From a virus (taxonomy: Duplodnaviria; Caudoviricetes): DNA of 64,000 nt. Positions 1 through 9,979 of the stretch are shown here, piece after piece. Under the pieces are notes generated by a model. The model did no database searches, had not been told where the DNA came from, and saw only the letters and a list, made by a program, of their open reading frames with translations. Position numbers and translations under genes: made by a program. The number at the start of each line of letters is the position of its first letter. Position 1 is the first letter of the stretch. The stretch is taken from positions 64,001-128,000 of IMG/VR virus record IMGVR_UViG_3300037067_012088; one strand, written 5' to 3'.

Positions 1-927
1 GGGATTCTGAATCGACACGCGGATGTTCTTGGGGCTGTTGGAGCAGATCAGGTCACGATAGGAACCGGTGATGAGGTCACCGAAGTAGAATGACGCAGAT
101 ACGTTCAGCGGGACCGGGAATGTAGGCACCAGCGCGTAAGGGAACAGGCTACCCAGCTTATTCAGCGGCTGAATATTCGTATCGAAGTTGATGCTATACG
201 ATTGGGCCTTGAGATCCGAGATGGAAAGGCCAACCGCCGCGTCGGAGATATCAAGGGTAATATCCGAGGGGCGAAGAGCCGCCGCAGTCGGGGCGATGCC
301 GCTGGAGATAACCGGCAACGTGAAGATCTTATTCGGCACATAGCCGCCCGTGTTCGAAATGTCGATGGCGTAGAGCGGCTGGTTGACGGAGCCCGTGTAG
401 GTCGCGTAGTTGAGTCCGCGCAGGGCGATGGTGGTTGTCGGAATGTTGCCAACAGAACCTTCCGTGGACCACGAGGCGAGCTGACCATTGCTAATCAGTT
501 CGCACTGAGATTGGCCGGTCCAACCGATGGCGTCAACACCTTCAGGGGCAAGAGCGATGAAGTAGTTTTTGGTGGCCTGAGATTGGTCAAGAATCGGACC
601 AAGGGCACCTTGACCGGAGACGTTAAACCCGAGGATGCGCTCGTTGGATAGATCGGCCACGTAATAGCTGAAACCCATCGGAACGGTTGGCGGCTGGGTG
701 ATTTCTTGCGAAACGTAAGCAAGTTGACCACCCTGATTGATGATCGTATAGTCCTGAGAAAGACCGTTCGTGATAGACTGGATACGTTGAAGGTTCTGAA
801 TCAGGTTAATACCGGAGTTAGACCCCGTATAGACGTTGTTAAAGCCGGTGTTGAACATGAACCCGGTTGCGGGGGACGGGGAGACCAGAAGGCCATATGC
901 TTGGTAGAAGCGTCTTACAGTACTCAA
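1..927 (-). CDS. putative major tail tube protein (runs off the window start; absent from the ORF track)
   Basis: Manual translation from TTG at 927: MSTVRRFYQAYGLLVSPSP...LQRIQSITNGLSQDYTIINQGGQLAYVSQEITQPPTVPMGFSYY..., open for 309 codons; own late promoter at 965-990; follows neck genes. Confidence 0.6.
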   Translation of the reverse strand, partial: MSTVRRFYQAYGLLVSPSPATGFMFNTGFNNVYTGSNSGINLIQNLQRIQSITNGLSQDYTIINQGGQLAYVSQEITQPPTVPMGFSYYVADLSNERILGFNVSGQGALGPILDQSQATKNYFIALAPEGVDAIGWTGQSQCELISNGQLASWSTEGSVGNIPTTTIALRGLNYATYTGSVNQPLYAIDISNTGGYVPNKIFTLPVISSGIAPTAAALRPSDITLDISDAAVGLSISDLKAQSYSINFDTNIQPLNKLGSLFPYALVPTFPVPLNVSASFYFGDLITGSYRDLICSNSPKNIRVSIQNP

Positions 928-964
928 AGGATTAGGTGGTTAAAGGGTTAGCTGTTGATAGTGA

Positions 965-990
965 ATACACCGTTTCGTGCGCTCTTTACC
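965..990 (-). promoter_or_regulatory. phage late promoter
   Basis: GGTAAAG-N11-CGGTGTAT on minus strand. Confidence 0.75.
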
Positions 991-1025
991 ATTTTCTTTT
1001 GTGAGGCAAACGCTACTTGCGTTTC

Positions 1026-1862
1026 TCAGGTAAACGCCATTCGCGGCTTGCTGAGATCGATATCCGCAGCCGAAAGAAAAAACGTCGTGCTCCGGTTCGC
1101 CTTATCGCTAACCTTGTGCATATAAACGTTTTGCACGTAAGCACCATTCAAGCACCCCACCGCGTCATACACGTCCGCACAATAAGACCACGTCGCCGCC
1201 TTCAAATCTCCGCTCGCGGTAATCGGGGCCGCGCCAATCTGCACGTAAGGTATCGTGGAGTGCGCCATGTCTTGTAGAATCGAGTTGAGCCCGTCCTGTA
1301 GGTAGTTGGAGTTGGTGATGGCGAAGACCCCTATGGTGTTCTTGGAGTCGTCGGTGCCGCCCAGTGCCCAAGGCTTGTTCTGACCGCGCGTATTGGTGAG
1401 CATGACCAAGGGAGCAGCCAAAGCCTTACCTTGGAACCCAGTGAGGGCATAGGACACGTTCCTATTGGCCCCGTAGACCTGTTCTAGGACGTAGCTAATC
1501 TCCTCGTTGGACGAGTAATAGAGGTTGACCTCCTTGCGCGCGTAAACGCCACTGAGGGTCGGACCCCAGTTGTGCGGCGTGCTGACTTGACCGTTGACGA
1601 AATCGATGACTAACCCGCTCGCGCGCGTCAGGAACTGGCCGCTTGAATTGTAAAAGCCAGTCGGAACTGTCGCCCCACCCACGCACGAATCATAGACCCA
1701 TGATTTGAACGGACTCGCATACACATTGTTGCGCCCGCCCGTCACGGGATTGAGGTAAAGGGAACCCGTCACATTGACATAAGCCTGCCCGGTGCCGCAA
1801 ATCTGGTGGTCAAGCCAGAGATAGGTACTCGTCATCAGGTTGTGGGCATATTGAGGAATCAT
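1026..1862 (-). CDS. virion structural protein (tail completion-like)
   Basis: 278 aa ORF between neck genes and tail tube; function from synteny only. Confidence 0.45.
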   Translation of the reverse strand: MIPQYAHNLMTSTYLWLDHQICGTGQAYVNVTGSLYLNPVTGGRNNVYASPFKSWVYDSCVGGATVPTGFYNSSGQFLTRASGLVIDFVNGQVSTPHNWGPTLSGVYARKEVNLYYSSNEEISYVLEQVYGANRNVSYALTGFQGKALAAPLVMLTNTRGQNKPWALGGTDDSKNTIGVFAITNSNYLQDGLNSILQDMAHSTIPYVQIGAAPITASGDLKAATWSYCADVYDAVGCLNGAYVQNVYMHKVSDKANRSTTFFLSAADIDLSKPRMAFT

Positions 1863-1865
1863 AGG

Positions 1866-2495
1866 TTAGCCTCGGGGAGAGATGATGCGGGTTAGCTGGG
1901 CGAGAAGGTCGTGGATATAGGGAACGGGACCCAGTTCATTGCCGCGCAGGTTGTTCTTGACCTGAATGGCGGGGCCTGACCGACTTGGGACCCGACTGAA
2001 ATCGCGACTGAGGTCGAACAGGTATTGGGGCAGCCCGGACACCCCGCGCGCGAGCAGCTCGGTGAAGGAGCGACCGGTCCACTCCAGTGCCGTTTCGGGA
2101 TCTGAGGCCATCCATGCGTTAATCTCATCTTCGCTGGGCGCGAGAACATCGGTGTCAAAAGTCACTTGGTCGCCCCTAAGTCGGCCCGCGCGGGTCTTGT
2201 AGAGCACCACGTTGTTCTCCAGATATTGCCTTAGATCGGAGATAGGATGCTGTTCGGCGTAGAAGCCCAGTAGCGAGAAGAGGTTGCCGCCGGTTGAGGC
2301 TAACTGGGGTATCTGACTGTAAGCCCCGGGTCCCGCCGAGATTTCCTGACTCACCGGATGCTCATCAAACGCTCTCAGAAACTGCTCCTTCTTGGTCTCG
2401 AAATCGAGTTTGACATACGGGCGCACCTGTCTGACCAGAACCGGTTCGGCCTGTTTCATGACGGCGATGCGCAGGAGTCTCTCGTTAAGTGGCAT
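1866..2495 (-). CDS. putative neck/tail completion protein
   Basis: 209 aa, translationally coupled, structural module. Confidence 0.4.
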   Translation of the reverse strand: MPLNERLLRIAVMKQAEPVLVRQVRPYVKLDFETKKEQFLRAFDEHPVSQEISAGPGAYSQIPQLASTGGNLFSLLGFYAEQHPISDLRQYLENNVVLYKTRAGRLRGDQVTFDTDVLAPSEDEINAWMASDPETALEWTGRSFTELLARGVSGLPQYLFDLSRDFSRVPSRSGPAIQVKNNLRGNELGPVPYIHDLLAQLTRIISPRG

Positions 2496-2947
2496 TAATT
2501 GAGGGGCTTGAGATAGAGGGTGCGGAAATTGGGGTCGAACAGACCATGCGGACGCGGCGAGGTGTCGATCATCATGGTGTTTTCATCAAAGACGATACGT
2601 TCGGCGCTGGCAATATAGGAAGCTCCGGTGGGGTCCAGCTTGATGCGAGCATGACCTTCTTTCAGACGAATCTGGTTCTGCGCCAACCCGCCGCCCGCGA
2701 ACGGCACCAAATCCTCTCGTTTCCCCCATAGGATGCGAGCAAGATAGACCCCCGAATTGATGACGGTGGAGGTAATGCTGTTGGTGGGCGCGTTTTGATA
2801 CAGGAAGTTATTGTCGGGATTCGTGACCAAAACGGTTTCAGTGGCACTCTGATAGATGGTGATAGGGCGCCCAAAGGTGGCCTGCATATCGTTAAACACG
2901 TTGTTCAGGTCGTTCTTTTGACTGGAGGTAAGGAGTGATGTGCCCAT
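2495..2947 (-). CDS. putative head closure/head-tail joining protein
   Basis: 150 aa; size and position typical. Confidence 0.45.
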   Translation of the reverse strand: MGTSLLTSSQKNDLNNVFNDMQATFGRPITIYQSATETVLVTNPDNNFLYQNAPTNSITSTVINSGVYLARILWGKREDLVPFAGGGLAQNQIRLKEGHARIKLDPTGASYIASAERIVFDENTMMIDTSPRPHGLFDPNFRTLYLKPLN

Positions 2948-2948
2948 G

Positions 2949-3752
2949 TTAAGCGATGTAGCGAATGATGACTATGCCAGAGCCGCCGTTGCCGGCCGAT
3001 TGGGGATTGGAACCACCACCACCGCCACCACCGGTATTAGCTGTTCCATTTTGCGCCGGAGCCCCCTCGGTAGCTCCGTTGCCACCACCACCTGAGCCAC
3101 CTGAACCCGCCGAGCCTGCTGAGCCACCACCGCCACCAGCGTAAGTGACGGATACACCTGAAATCGAGTTCGCAGTTCCATTTCCGCCAGCGCCACCCGT
3201 GCTTCCGACGCCATTGTTGCCGATAGCTCCTGCGCCGCCACCACCGCCACCAGCGGTTCCACTGCCATTACCGCCATTGCTACCCTGAGATCCGGAGCCA
3301 CCCGTGCCAGCGCCCGTGCCACCGCCGCCGCCTCCTGACCCACCGTTGTTACCATTAACCGCGCCGCCACTAGAACCGTTGCCGGCACCACCACCTACGG
3401 CGGTTATCGTTCCGAACACCGAATCGTTGCCATTGCTACCTATCCCGGGCGACGGAGCGGCGTTTCCTCCTCCACCAACGGTTACCGAATAGGATTGGGC
3501 ACTGATAGCGTAGCTGGTTGAATATTGATATCCACCGCCACCACCACCACCACCGTAATAACGTCCGCCGCCGGCACCACCACCGATGACCAATACATCA
3601 ATGGTTGATCCCGGAACGGCAAGAGAAACGTCGAATACGCCATCCGAAGTGAAGGTATGAATGGTATATGCCCCAACGTTCGTAATCGTCCCTCCGGTCG
3701 CGACAATCGTATTGGCGCCCCTCTTCTTGGTGATGATCTGGACATTGAACAT
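2949..3752 (-). CDS. glycine-rich virion protein
   Basis: YTIHTFTSDG..VLVIGGGAGGG..GGSGIVIIRY pattern of phage Gly-rich domain proteins; start placed at MFNVQ. Confidence 0.7.
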   Translation of the reverse strand: MFNVQIITKKRGANTIVATGGTITNVGAYTIHTFTSDGVFDVSLAVPGSTIDVLVIGGGAGGGRYYGGGGGGGGYQYSTSYAISAQSYSVTVGGGGNAAPSPGIGSNGNDSVFGTITAVGGGAGNGSSGGAVNGNNGGSGGGGGGTGAGTGGSGSQGSNGGNGSGTAGGGGGGAGAIGNNGVGSTGGAGGNGTANSISGVSVTYAGGGGGSAGSAGSGGSGGGGNGATEGAPAQNGTANTGGGGGGGSNPQSAGNGGSGIVIIRYIA

Positions 3753-3765
3753 GTCAGGATTTTCC

Positions 3766-5007
3766 TTAGTATCCAACCCCGAACAATCCGATGGACAGAC
3801 CCGTGATGCCGGTGCCGATTCGATAGATGTCGAGACCTACCCGGTTAAGCCCACTGATCTCCTGATTGAGGCCGCCACTGGCCTTGAACACGGTGCCACT
3901 ATTCAGGAAGAAATCGACAAAGTTAGTCTTGGTGTTGAGAGGGGTGCGCTGATAGAATGATCCACTGAAGAAACCTTGGGTGCCGGTATTGATCACCCCG
4001 ATGCTGTAACCCGTGAAGAAGAAGGAGCGACCCACCACGGCTTCGACACTGTTGAGGCCGGTAGCTAGGTTATACTGGTCATACCAGAAAGCCATGTTGA
4101 CGAAGTTACCAGTGATGCCCGAGAAGGTGTAATTGTTGGTTGTGCCGCCCCCAGCATCGATAGCCGATTGTAGGACTCCTGATATCACCAGATCGCGCGC
4201 GGCAAGGACTCCCGACACTCCGCTGACGAACAAGATGTTGGTGGCGCCACTTGGGACGGTGGGAATGGGCACGGTAGGAGAACCAGAGAAGATGTAACCT
4301 CCCGCCAAGACATAGGTGCCGGTAGTGGTGACGGTATCGGGCACACCGCCTGCCGAAGCGGTTCCGCTGACTCGCACATAGGTGCCGTCATAGGTCAATG
4401 TCACGTTACCCACGCCCGTGAAGTTGGGAGCGTTGATAGCTGACGAACCAGTGACCGAAGTATTGCTCCCACCGCCTCCGGCCGCGCCGCTGATGAACAC
4501 CTGATTACCAGAATGGATTACAAGGGTGCCACCCAATCCGGTGAGGTTAACGATGGGAATGGTTGCGGAACCGGTTACGCGAACAGCTGAAAGGGCACCC
4601 GACATGTTGGTGGTGAAACCCGATAGAGAAGAAAGGCCCGTCGCGGCCAAACCGGATTCGTAGGTGATTTGGGCGTTGAGGATACCCGATGTTCCCGAAA
4701 CGACAAGGTTGGTGGCGAGTTGTCCTGTAAGCACACCGCTGAGTGTCAGATCCTTGTCGAGCACCCATTGGGTTTGGGGAACCGAACTGACGGAGCCGGA
4801 ATAGGGGACGAGAGGAGAGGTGACAAATGTCTTTTCTCCCAGTATTGTCTGAGGGCCGCCAGAAACCGCCATCAAGTAGTCACCCAAGTAACCGCTTTCT
4901 GAGACGTAGGCTAGGATATTCTGATTGAACGCGTCGCCACTTGCCGACTGTTGGACGAACAACGTCAGCTCTGTCTCGTTAATTTGTTTGACCGCAATCT
5001 TGCTCAT
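3766..5007 (-). CDS. fibre-like virion protein
   Basis: 413 aa S/G/T-rich with repeated VTGS..NxTG.G motifs. Confidence 0.5.
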   Translation of the reverse strand: MSKIAVKQINETELTLFVQQSASGDAFNQNILAYVSESGYLGDYLMAVSGGPQTILGEKTFVTSPLVPYSGSVSSVPQTQWVLDKDLTLSGVLTGQLATNLVVSGTSGILNAQITYESGLAATGLSSLSGFTTNMSGALSAVRVTGSATIPIVNLTGLGGTLVIHSGNQVFISGAAGGGGSNTSVTGSSAINAPNFTGVGNVTLTYDGTYVRVSGTASAGGVPDTVTTTGTYVLAGGYIFSGSPTVPIPTVPSGATNILFVSGVSGVLAARDLVISGVLQSAIDAGGGTTNNYTFSGITGNFVNMAFWYDQYNLATGLNSVEAVVGRSFFFTGYSIGVINTGTQGFFSGSFYQRTPLNTKTNFVDFFLNSGTVFKASGGLNQEISGLNRVGLDIYRIGTGITGLSIGLFGVGY

Positions 5008-5010
5008 GAC

Positions 5011-5559
5011 TTACACATTGTATGGCGGCACGTTGGAGTTGTAACCATTGTTGAGACCGAAGTAGAAACTGGACATCTCGACACTGCGCGGCCAACGTGC
5101 GCCTTGCTCGTTTTGGATATACTCAGCAGCGGCGTAATCGAGCGCGGCCTGAGCCTGCTTGGCCATGTCCTTGTATACCTTCATCAACTCAGCTGAACTT
5201 GTGCGGACAATTCTACTGTCACCTTCGGAAAGTGATGTCCAAGTCCCCACTACGCCGCCCGCCCCCGCCGCACTGGCCACCTTTTGCGTCCAATAGTTGA
5301 CTAGGTATTGGAGGCCTAAAATATTGAGGGCTCCGTTATCCAGATCTGGACAAATCGCCCAATTCACACCACTGCCACCATTTGAGCCCGAATAGCAAAC
5401 TGAGATCTTGGCGTTTAGAGCACCTACGACATAATCCTGAGGAAAGTAGCCCGAGAGGGTCAGCGCGGAAAGGTCAGTTGGCTGGCCAAGCGCATACAGC
5501 CACAGGCCTGTGGCCAGAGTCCCGATGTCCGAAGCGTTGCCAGTGCAAGTATAGCTCAT
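5011..5559 (-). CDS. putative head-tail adaptor
   Basis: 182 aa helical protein with WTSLSEGDSRIVR motif; own late promoter. Confidence 0.5.
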   Translation of the reverse strand: MSYTCTGNASDIGTLATGLWLYALGQPTDLSALTLSGYFPQDYVVGALNAKISVCYSGSNGGSGVNWAICPDLDNGALNILGLQYLVNYWTQKVASAAGAGGVVGTWTSLSEGDSRIVRTSSAELMKVYKDMAKQAQAALDYAAAEYIQNEQGARWPRSVEMSSFYFGLNNGYNSNVPPYNV

Positions 5560-5567
5560 GCGATATA

Positions 5568-5593
5568 ATACACCGGGAACGAGAGGGATTACG
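5568..5593 (-). promoter_or_regulatory. phage late promoter
   Basis: CGTAATC-N11-CGGTGTAT, 8 nt from ATG. Confidence 0.7.
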
Positions 5594-5595
5594 GG

Positions 5596-5988
5596 CTAAT
5601 CGGTAACCCGAATAGGCAGGTAATCCTTCCCCAATTCATCCAGCCGCATGAAGTAGTCACTACCCTTCTGGGCTAGCGAGAACTTCACCGGTTCGCCGCC
5701 ATGGACGAGACCGCGCATCTTGATGCCTTCCGCGAGCCGGTCCATTTCGTGCTGATTGGAGCGCAAGAAACGGTAGTGCGAGATGGCGAATGACCAGATA
5801 TCACGGATCAGTTGAAGGTATAGGGAGTGGGTAGAGATAATCCGTTCCTCGGGGACGAACCCTAGCTTAGTCTTCAATGGGCGCGGAAGAGGGTTGGGGT
5901 GAGTCTTATCGATGAATTCGCCCAATCGCTTGTTATGTTCTTCCTGTTCTGGGGTAAGGCCCATCGAGTGAAGATATGAAGTCTCCAT
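5596..5988 (-). CDS. hypothetical protein
   Basis: 130 aa ORF filling the gap in the operon. Confidence 0.55.
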   Translation of the reverse strand: METSYLHSMGLTPEQEEHNKRLGEFIDKTHPNPLPRPLKTKLGFVPEERIISTHSLYLQLIRDIWSFAISHYRFLRSNQHEMDRLAEGIKMRGLVHGGEPVKFSLAQKGSDYFMRLDELGKDYLPIRVTD

Positions 5989-5990
5989 GG

Positions 5991-6410
5991 TCAGCGCGCC
6001 GGAGCCATGATCTTGCGCAGAATCGCCTCGTTCTCGGGACTCATGCTAATCGGGATATTCTGGCGCGGAATCGCTGCCGCTTGAGTCTGCAAAAACCGCA
6101 CATGAAGGCGATCAACCAGACGGTTACGGTCATCAATGGGAACCTCACCAACGGCCACGGCGTGGTCATACAGCTCCGTGCTCTCCATCCTTTCCAGTTT
6201 GGCGATGTAGACATTGGCGTCGGCCGTATCGTAACCGGTCAGATACTGGTGAGCGGAGGTCGTGGCGGCGCGGGTGGCACCATGAGCCTGAGAGTAGTCG
6301 CGGGTGTCGAACTTGACGGCGGCAGTGGTCTCTTCGGTGTCGTTAACGCGAGGTTTGCGCGAACGGGTCTTAGCAGGCGCAACGGTTTTGGTAGCTGTTT
6401 TCTTTGCCAT
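5991..6410 (-). CDS. hypothetical late protein
   Basis: Start placed at MAKKT; late promoter upstream. Confidence 0.6.
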   Translation of the reverse strand: MAKKTATKTVAPAKTRSRKPRVNDTEETTAAVKFDTRDYSQAHGATRAATTSAHQYLTGYDTADANVYIAKLERMESTELYDHAVAVGEVPIDDRNRLVDRLHVRFLQTQAAAIPRQNIPISMSPENEAILRKIMAPAR

Positions 6411-6466
6411 ATAGTAGTTTTCCTTATTCCGCACCCGCCGCATGAGCGCATAGGGAGCATAGACAG

Positions 6467-6492
6467 ATACACCGTTTTGGGGTGGGTTTACC
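6467..6492 (-). promoter_or_regulatory. phage late promoter
   Basis: Consensus GGTAAAC-N11-CGGTGTAT. Confidence 0.8.
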
Positions 6493-6495
6493 CAA

Positions 6496-6527
6496 CAAAA
6501 AAGACCCGGTGGTTAGCCGAGTCTCGT
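6496..6527 (-). terminator. intrinsic terminator
   Basis: AGACTCGG-loop-CCGGGTCT then T run on minus strand. Confidence 0.7.
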
Positions 6528-6548
6528 AGAGATAACGAAATCTGAGTA

Positions 6549-7229
6549 TTAGAACCCCTGATTCAAGGTGTTACTCACGTAGGTGGGGTTATATCCGGAG
6601 AATGCAATCCCACCAATTCCGCATCCAGTGGTAGTAAGAGCGTAGCTGTTGAGTCCGGAGGCCGAAATGAACGTCCCCATGCATCCGCTCAAGTAGTTGC
6701 CTACGTAACTCGTATTCGTGTTCAAGAAACTCTTGCGCCACGACCAGTTGTTGCGCACATAGGCATCGAAGTCCGATGAGGAAAGCTCCACCTTGTCCGC
6801 GACGCTGAAATCGAGCAGATCGATAACCCGGTCATAGTCTTCGAGGTGGTTCTCGGGATAGGTAAGGGGCCATGCCGGGGTGAATTCTAAGCCGAACGAG
6901 AGAGAGTGGTTGACCGAGAACACACCGAACATTTTATCCTTGTTCTGGGCCGCCACATTGGCTTGCATGTCAGTATATTGGCGACTGAAGTCAACTTCGA
7001 GTCGCTCAGTTTGGGTGGCAAATGCCTTGGTCACCTTGGAGACGGCTTCGGTGAACTGCTCCTTCTTTCGCTCGACTACCTTCTGTGCCTCCAGCCAGTA
7101 TCCTGATACCGCTGCGTCAAAGATCGAATTGTGCTTGTCTCGGTTACTCCGAAGAGTCTCCAGTAGTTTGGTCTTCTCGACCACAACCGTATTAAATGTC
7201 GTTACCGACAGGTCTTTATTTTCGCTCAT
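6549..7229 (-). CDS. hypothetical late protein
   Basis: 226 aa; own late promoter and terminator. Confidence 0.65.
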   Translation of the reverse strand: MSENKDLSVTTFNTVVVEKTKLLETLRSNRDKHNSIFDAAVSGYWLEAQKVVERKKEQFTEAVSKVTKAFATQTERLEVDFSRQYTDMQANVAAQNKDKMFGVFSVNHSLSFGLEFTPAWPLTYPENHLEDYDRVIDLLDFSVADKVELSSSDFDAYVRNNWSWRKSFLNTNTSYVGNYLSGCMGTFISASGLNSYALTTTGCGIGGIAFSGYNPTYVSNTLNQGF

Positions 7230-7279
7230 AGATGTAAACTAAACGTAAAGCAAACCCGGAAATAGGTTTGATGAGTAGG

Positions 7280-7305
7280 ATACACCGTTTTGGGGTGAGA
7301 TTACC
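7280..7305 (-). promoter_or_regulatory. phage late promoter
   Basis: GGTAATC-N11-CGGTGTAT; spacer nearly identical to the 6467 copy. Confidence 0.8.
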
Positions 7306-7351
7306 TTGGAAAACGAACCGACTGTCAATCGATGTCAAGATAAAAGAGGAC

Positions 7352-7384
7352 AAGAAAAAGACCCGGCGTGGTGACCGGGTCTCG
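7352..7384 (-). terminator. intrinsic terminator after capsid gene
   Basis: AGACCCGG-loop-CCGGGTCT-TTTT. Confidence 0.75.
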
Positions 7385-7408
7385 TAAGTAATTGATTAGT
7401 AACGCTTA

Positions 7409-8584
7409 TCAGCAAATCAGACCGAGCTTTGCGCGACCGTCGAGCGAAAGGTAGCCTTCGTTCACCGATCCATACCAACCCACTTTGCCAGAACGATTTG
7501 TGAAGGTGTCATCCGCCGCCACCGCCCACTCCCCGTTCTTGTTGCTCTGACGCACGCGCACCAGATCGAACATGGATTGGTTGGCACCGACGAGGATTTC
7601 CTCGGTGGTAGGAGCGAAGACCGCAGAACCCGCACCCGTGATGTCGGCATACTGGGTCGAACCAGCATAGGTGCCGAACACCGTGTTGTATTGCTGATTA
7701 ACACCCAGTTCGTTATACTCGTGTAGATCGGTATCGAAGAAGGAGGTAAGACCGCCACCCTTCCAGATCTCTTCACGAACCGACTCAGGAGCCGCGATGG
7801 CCGTATTGCTGGTCTCGTTCGAGCCGATGGAACCCGGGCGGGTATTCTGCGGCTGGAATGAGATGGCGCGAATCTGACCCATGATCTCCGGGGAGATGGC
7901 AAGATCCGTCAGGCTGGCGCGGATACCGAGCGGCGTTCCACCCAACCACGAAGACACGATCCGGCGATACTTGGTCTTCATGTCGTTGAACTCTTGGAGA
8001 CCGAACACACCCGGGGTGCGGGCGCGAATGACTTCAAGGTTGGACACGGCGTTGTTGGACGCATTACCATCGATACGGGCATTCGCGAGCGAAGCCATGA
8101 TGATGTTGGTGGCGTTCAGGTTCTGCTTGACCAAGACTTCCTGCGCGAGACGCTCAAGGGTCATGGCGACAGCCTGCATATCGGCAGCCGCGATAAACGA
8201 CTTGTCGAGCGAGGCCGCACCTTGGAACTGATAGGTGCCGACATACATGTCCGAGATGCCCTGCACGAAGTTAGTGGCGGTGCCACCAGCCATCGACTGG
8301 GTGAAGACATGCAGGTAGTTGCGCTGCTTGATGTCGAAGAACAGGGACAGCGGGAGTTTCGGAGCCTCGTTAGGACCGATGCCGTAGACTTGGAACCAGT
8401 TGGCGAAAACCGGAGCCTGCTCAATGACTTGCAGAAGGGGACGGTTGACCACGGCGGCGATGGCCTCGGCAGCCGCAAGAGACTCCGTGCGGTTATCGGA
8501 GGCCAGTTCGCGCACAATCGCCTGCTGCTCAGGGGTGAGCTGCATGTCGATGTGGAGGTAGTTAAGATTCTTCTTGTTTTTCAT
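7409..8584 (-). CDS. major capsid protein
   Basis: 391 aa, highly biased codons, order portal-protease-decoration-MCP, terminator after. Confidence 0.8.
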   Translation of the reverse strand: MKNKKNLNYLHIDMQLTPEQQAIVRELASDNRTESLAAAEAIAAVVNRPLLQVIEQAPVFANWFQVYGIGPNEAPKLPLSLFFDIKQRNYLHVFTQSMAGGTATNFVQGISDMYVGTYQFQGAASLDKSFIAAADMQAVAMTLERLAQEVLVKQNLNATNIIMASLANARIDGNASNNAVSNLEVIRARTPGVFGLQEFNDMKTKYRRIVSSWLGGTPLGIRASLTDLAISPEIMGQIRAISFQPQNTRPGSIGSNETSNTAIAAPESVREEIWKGGGLTSFFDTDLHEYNELGVNQQYNTVFGTYAGSTQYADITGAGSAVFAPTTEEILVGANQSMFDLVRVRQSNKNGEWAVAADDTFTNRSGKVGWYGSVNEGYLSLDGRAKLGLIC

Positions 8585-8602
8585 GTGAGTGATTTCCTTT
8601 TA

Positions 8603-9226
8603 TTAGGCTCCCTTGAGTTCCAGTTCGAAGTAACCACCGTTGTTGGCACCAGACGCGCTGGCGACGGAACCGACGATCCACGCGTTCCAGCCGGTCTGAC
8701 CGACAGGATTGAGGGCCGTGGTAGCTTCCGTGGGGGTGAGCTGGGCGAAGGCGCCGACACCCGTCGCGACAACCGGGTAACCCGCGAGCGGGGCCTTGTT
8801 GATGCGGTCGAGGGCGAAGGTATACTTGCCGCGCTGAGCGAAGGGAACCGAATTACCGGTGGCCACGAAACCACGCGCTTCGCGGGTCTGCTGAGGCATC
8901 AGGTTGATCGGGAGACCGTTTTCCTCAGTGAGGGCAGTCGTGTAAAGCGTGACACCCGCGATCTCATACTTCGTGTCGCCAGCCGCAGCGGGACGAACCC
9001 GGCGGTTGTTGAAGTAGAGGGGAGCATACGTGTTGGTGTAGCTCGCGCCGACAGCTTGGGTGGAGTAACCATCCGCGTTGTCAGGCGACTGATTGCCCGT
9101 GACGTAAGTCACCAGCATGCCATTCAGACCAGTGCCGAGAAGGGCATACTGATCGCGGCGTTCGAAAGGATTCTCGACCCGGAAGGGGCGAAGGTTACCT
9201 TGACCTAGTGTAGAAGCGGTTGCCAT
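8603..9226 (-). CDS. capsid decoration/minor capsid protein
   Basis: 207 aa between scaffold and MCP. Confidence 0.6.
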   Translation of the reverse strand: MATASTLGQGNLRPFRVENPFERRDQYALLGTGLNGMLVTYVTGNQSPDNADGYSTQAVGASYTNTYAPLYFNNRRVRPAAAGDTKYEIAGVTLYTTALTEENGLPINLMPQQTREARGFVATGNSVPFAQRGKYTFALDRINKAPLAGYPVVATGVGAFAQLTPTEATTALNPVGQTGWNAWIVGSVASASGANNGGYFELELKGA

Positions 9227-9250
9227 GATGTTTTAGTGGGTTGTTAGTTG

Positions 9251-9276
9251 ATACACAAATTCTTGAGGGGTTTACC
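9251..9276 (-). promoter_or_regulatory. phage late promoter
   Basis: GGTAAAC-N11-TTGTGTAT. Confidence 0.75.
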
Positions 9277-9283
9277 AAAAAAG

Positions 9284-9979
9284 TTACTTAGTCTCCTCCA
9301 GTTCACTGAATTTCTTGCCGCCCATGGTGACATTGGCGAAGGCAGCCTGCGCGCGATCCTTGAGGGTCTTGGTGACTTCGAGAGTGGAGCCAGCCGGAGT
9401 GGAAATCGGATTGGCGAGAGCGGAAGCAATCACCTCTTCGACGTTGAAGGTCTCGCCGAGCTTGACATTGACGCCCTTTTCTTTGAGGGAAGCGACAAGC
9501 TGTTCGCGGGAAGCCTTAGCCTCATCTTTCTTCTGCTTGATGAAGTCCTTGGTCTTCTCTTTCATCAGCTTCTTGGACTTCTCCATGAACTTGGCGAAGG
9601 CCTCGTCGGAAAGATCCTTGATGTCGGCGACTACTTCGGCGCGCTCATCATCGGAGAACTCGAAGGTCTCGGAAAGCAGGTTCATGCGCTCATCGAACTT
9701 GCGAGCCATGGCCTCAGACTGCTGAGTGGCCTTGATCTGGTCGAGTTCGGCCTTGACGGCGGTGAGGTCTTGAAGGGCCTGATCGCGCGCGGCTTCAATC
9801 TCGGTCTTAAGTCGGGCGACTTCGGAGGCCTGTGTTTCAGCGGCTTTCTTGGCCTCTTCACGGCGCACGCTTTCCTGTTGGATGGCTTCAATCACAGTGA
9901 GCGAAGCCATGGCGACTTCCTTGAAGTCCTCCAGTTTCTCGGCCTTGGTCACCTTGTCTTGGTATTCTTTGAGGTTCAT
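9284..9979 (-). CDS. nested in-frame scaffold protein (internal start)
   Basis: In-frame ATG (MNLKEYQDK) 32 nt downstream of an internal late promoter; all coiled coil. Confidence 0.55.
   Translation of the reverse strand: MNLKEYQDKVTKAEKLEDFKEVAMASLTVIEAIQQESVRREEAKKAAETQASEVARLKTEIEAARDQALQDLTAVKAELDQIKATQQSEAMARKFDERMNLLSETFEFSDDERAEVVADIKDLSDEAFAKFMEKSKKLMKEKTKDFIKQKKDEAKASREQLVASLKEKGVNVKLGETFNVEEVIASALANPISTPAGSTLEVTKTLKDRAQAAFANVTMGGKKFSELEETK

Noticed and set aside
2980-3600. CCA/CCG tandem repeats as a DNA repeat element
   Set aside because: Explained by poly-Gly coding in the glycine-rich protein
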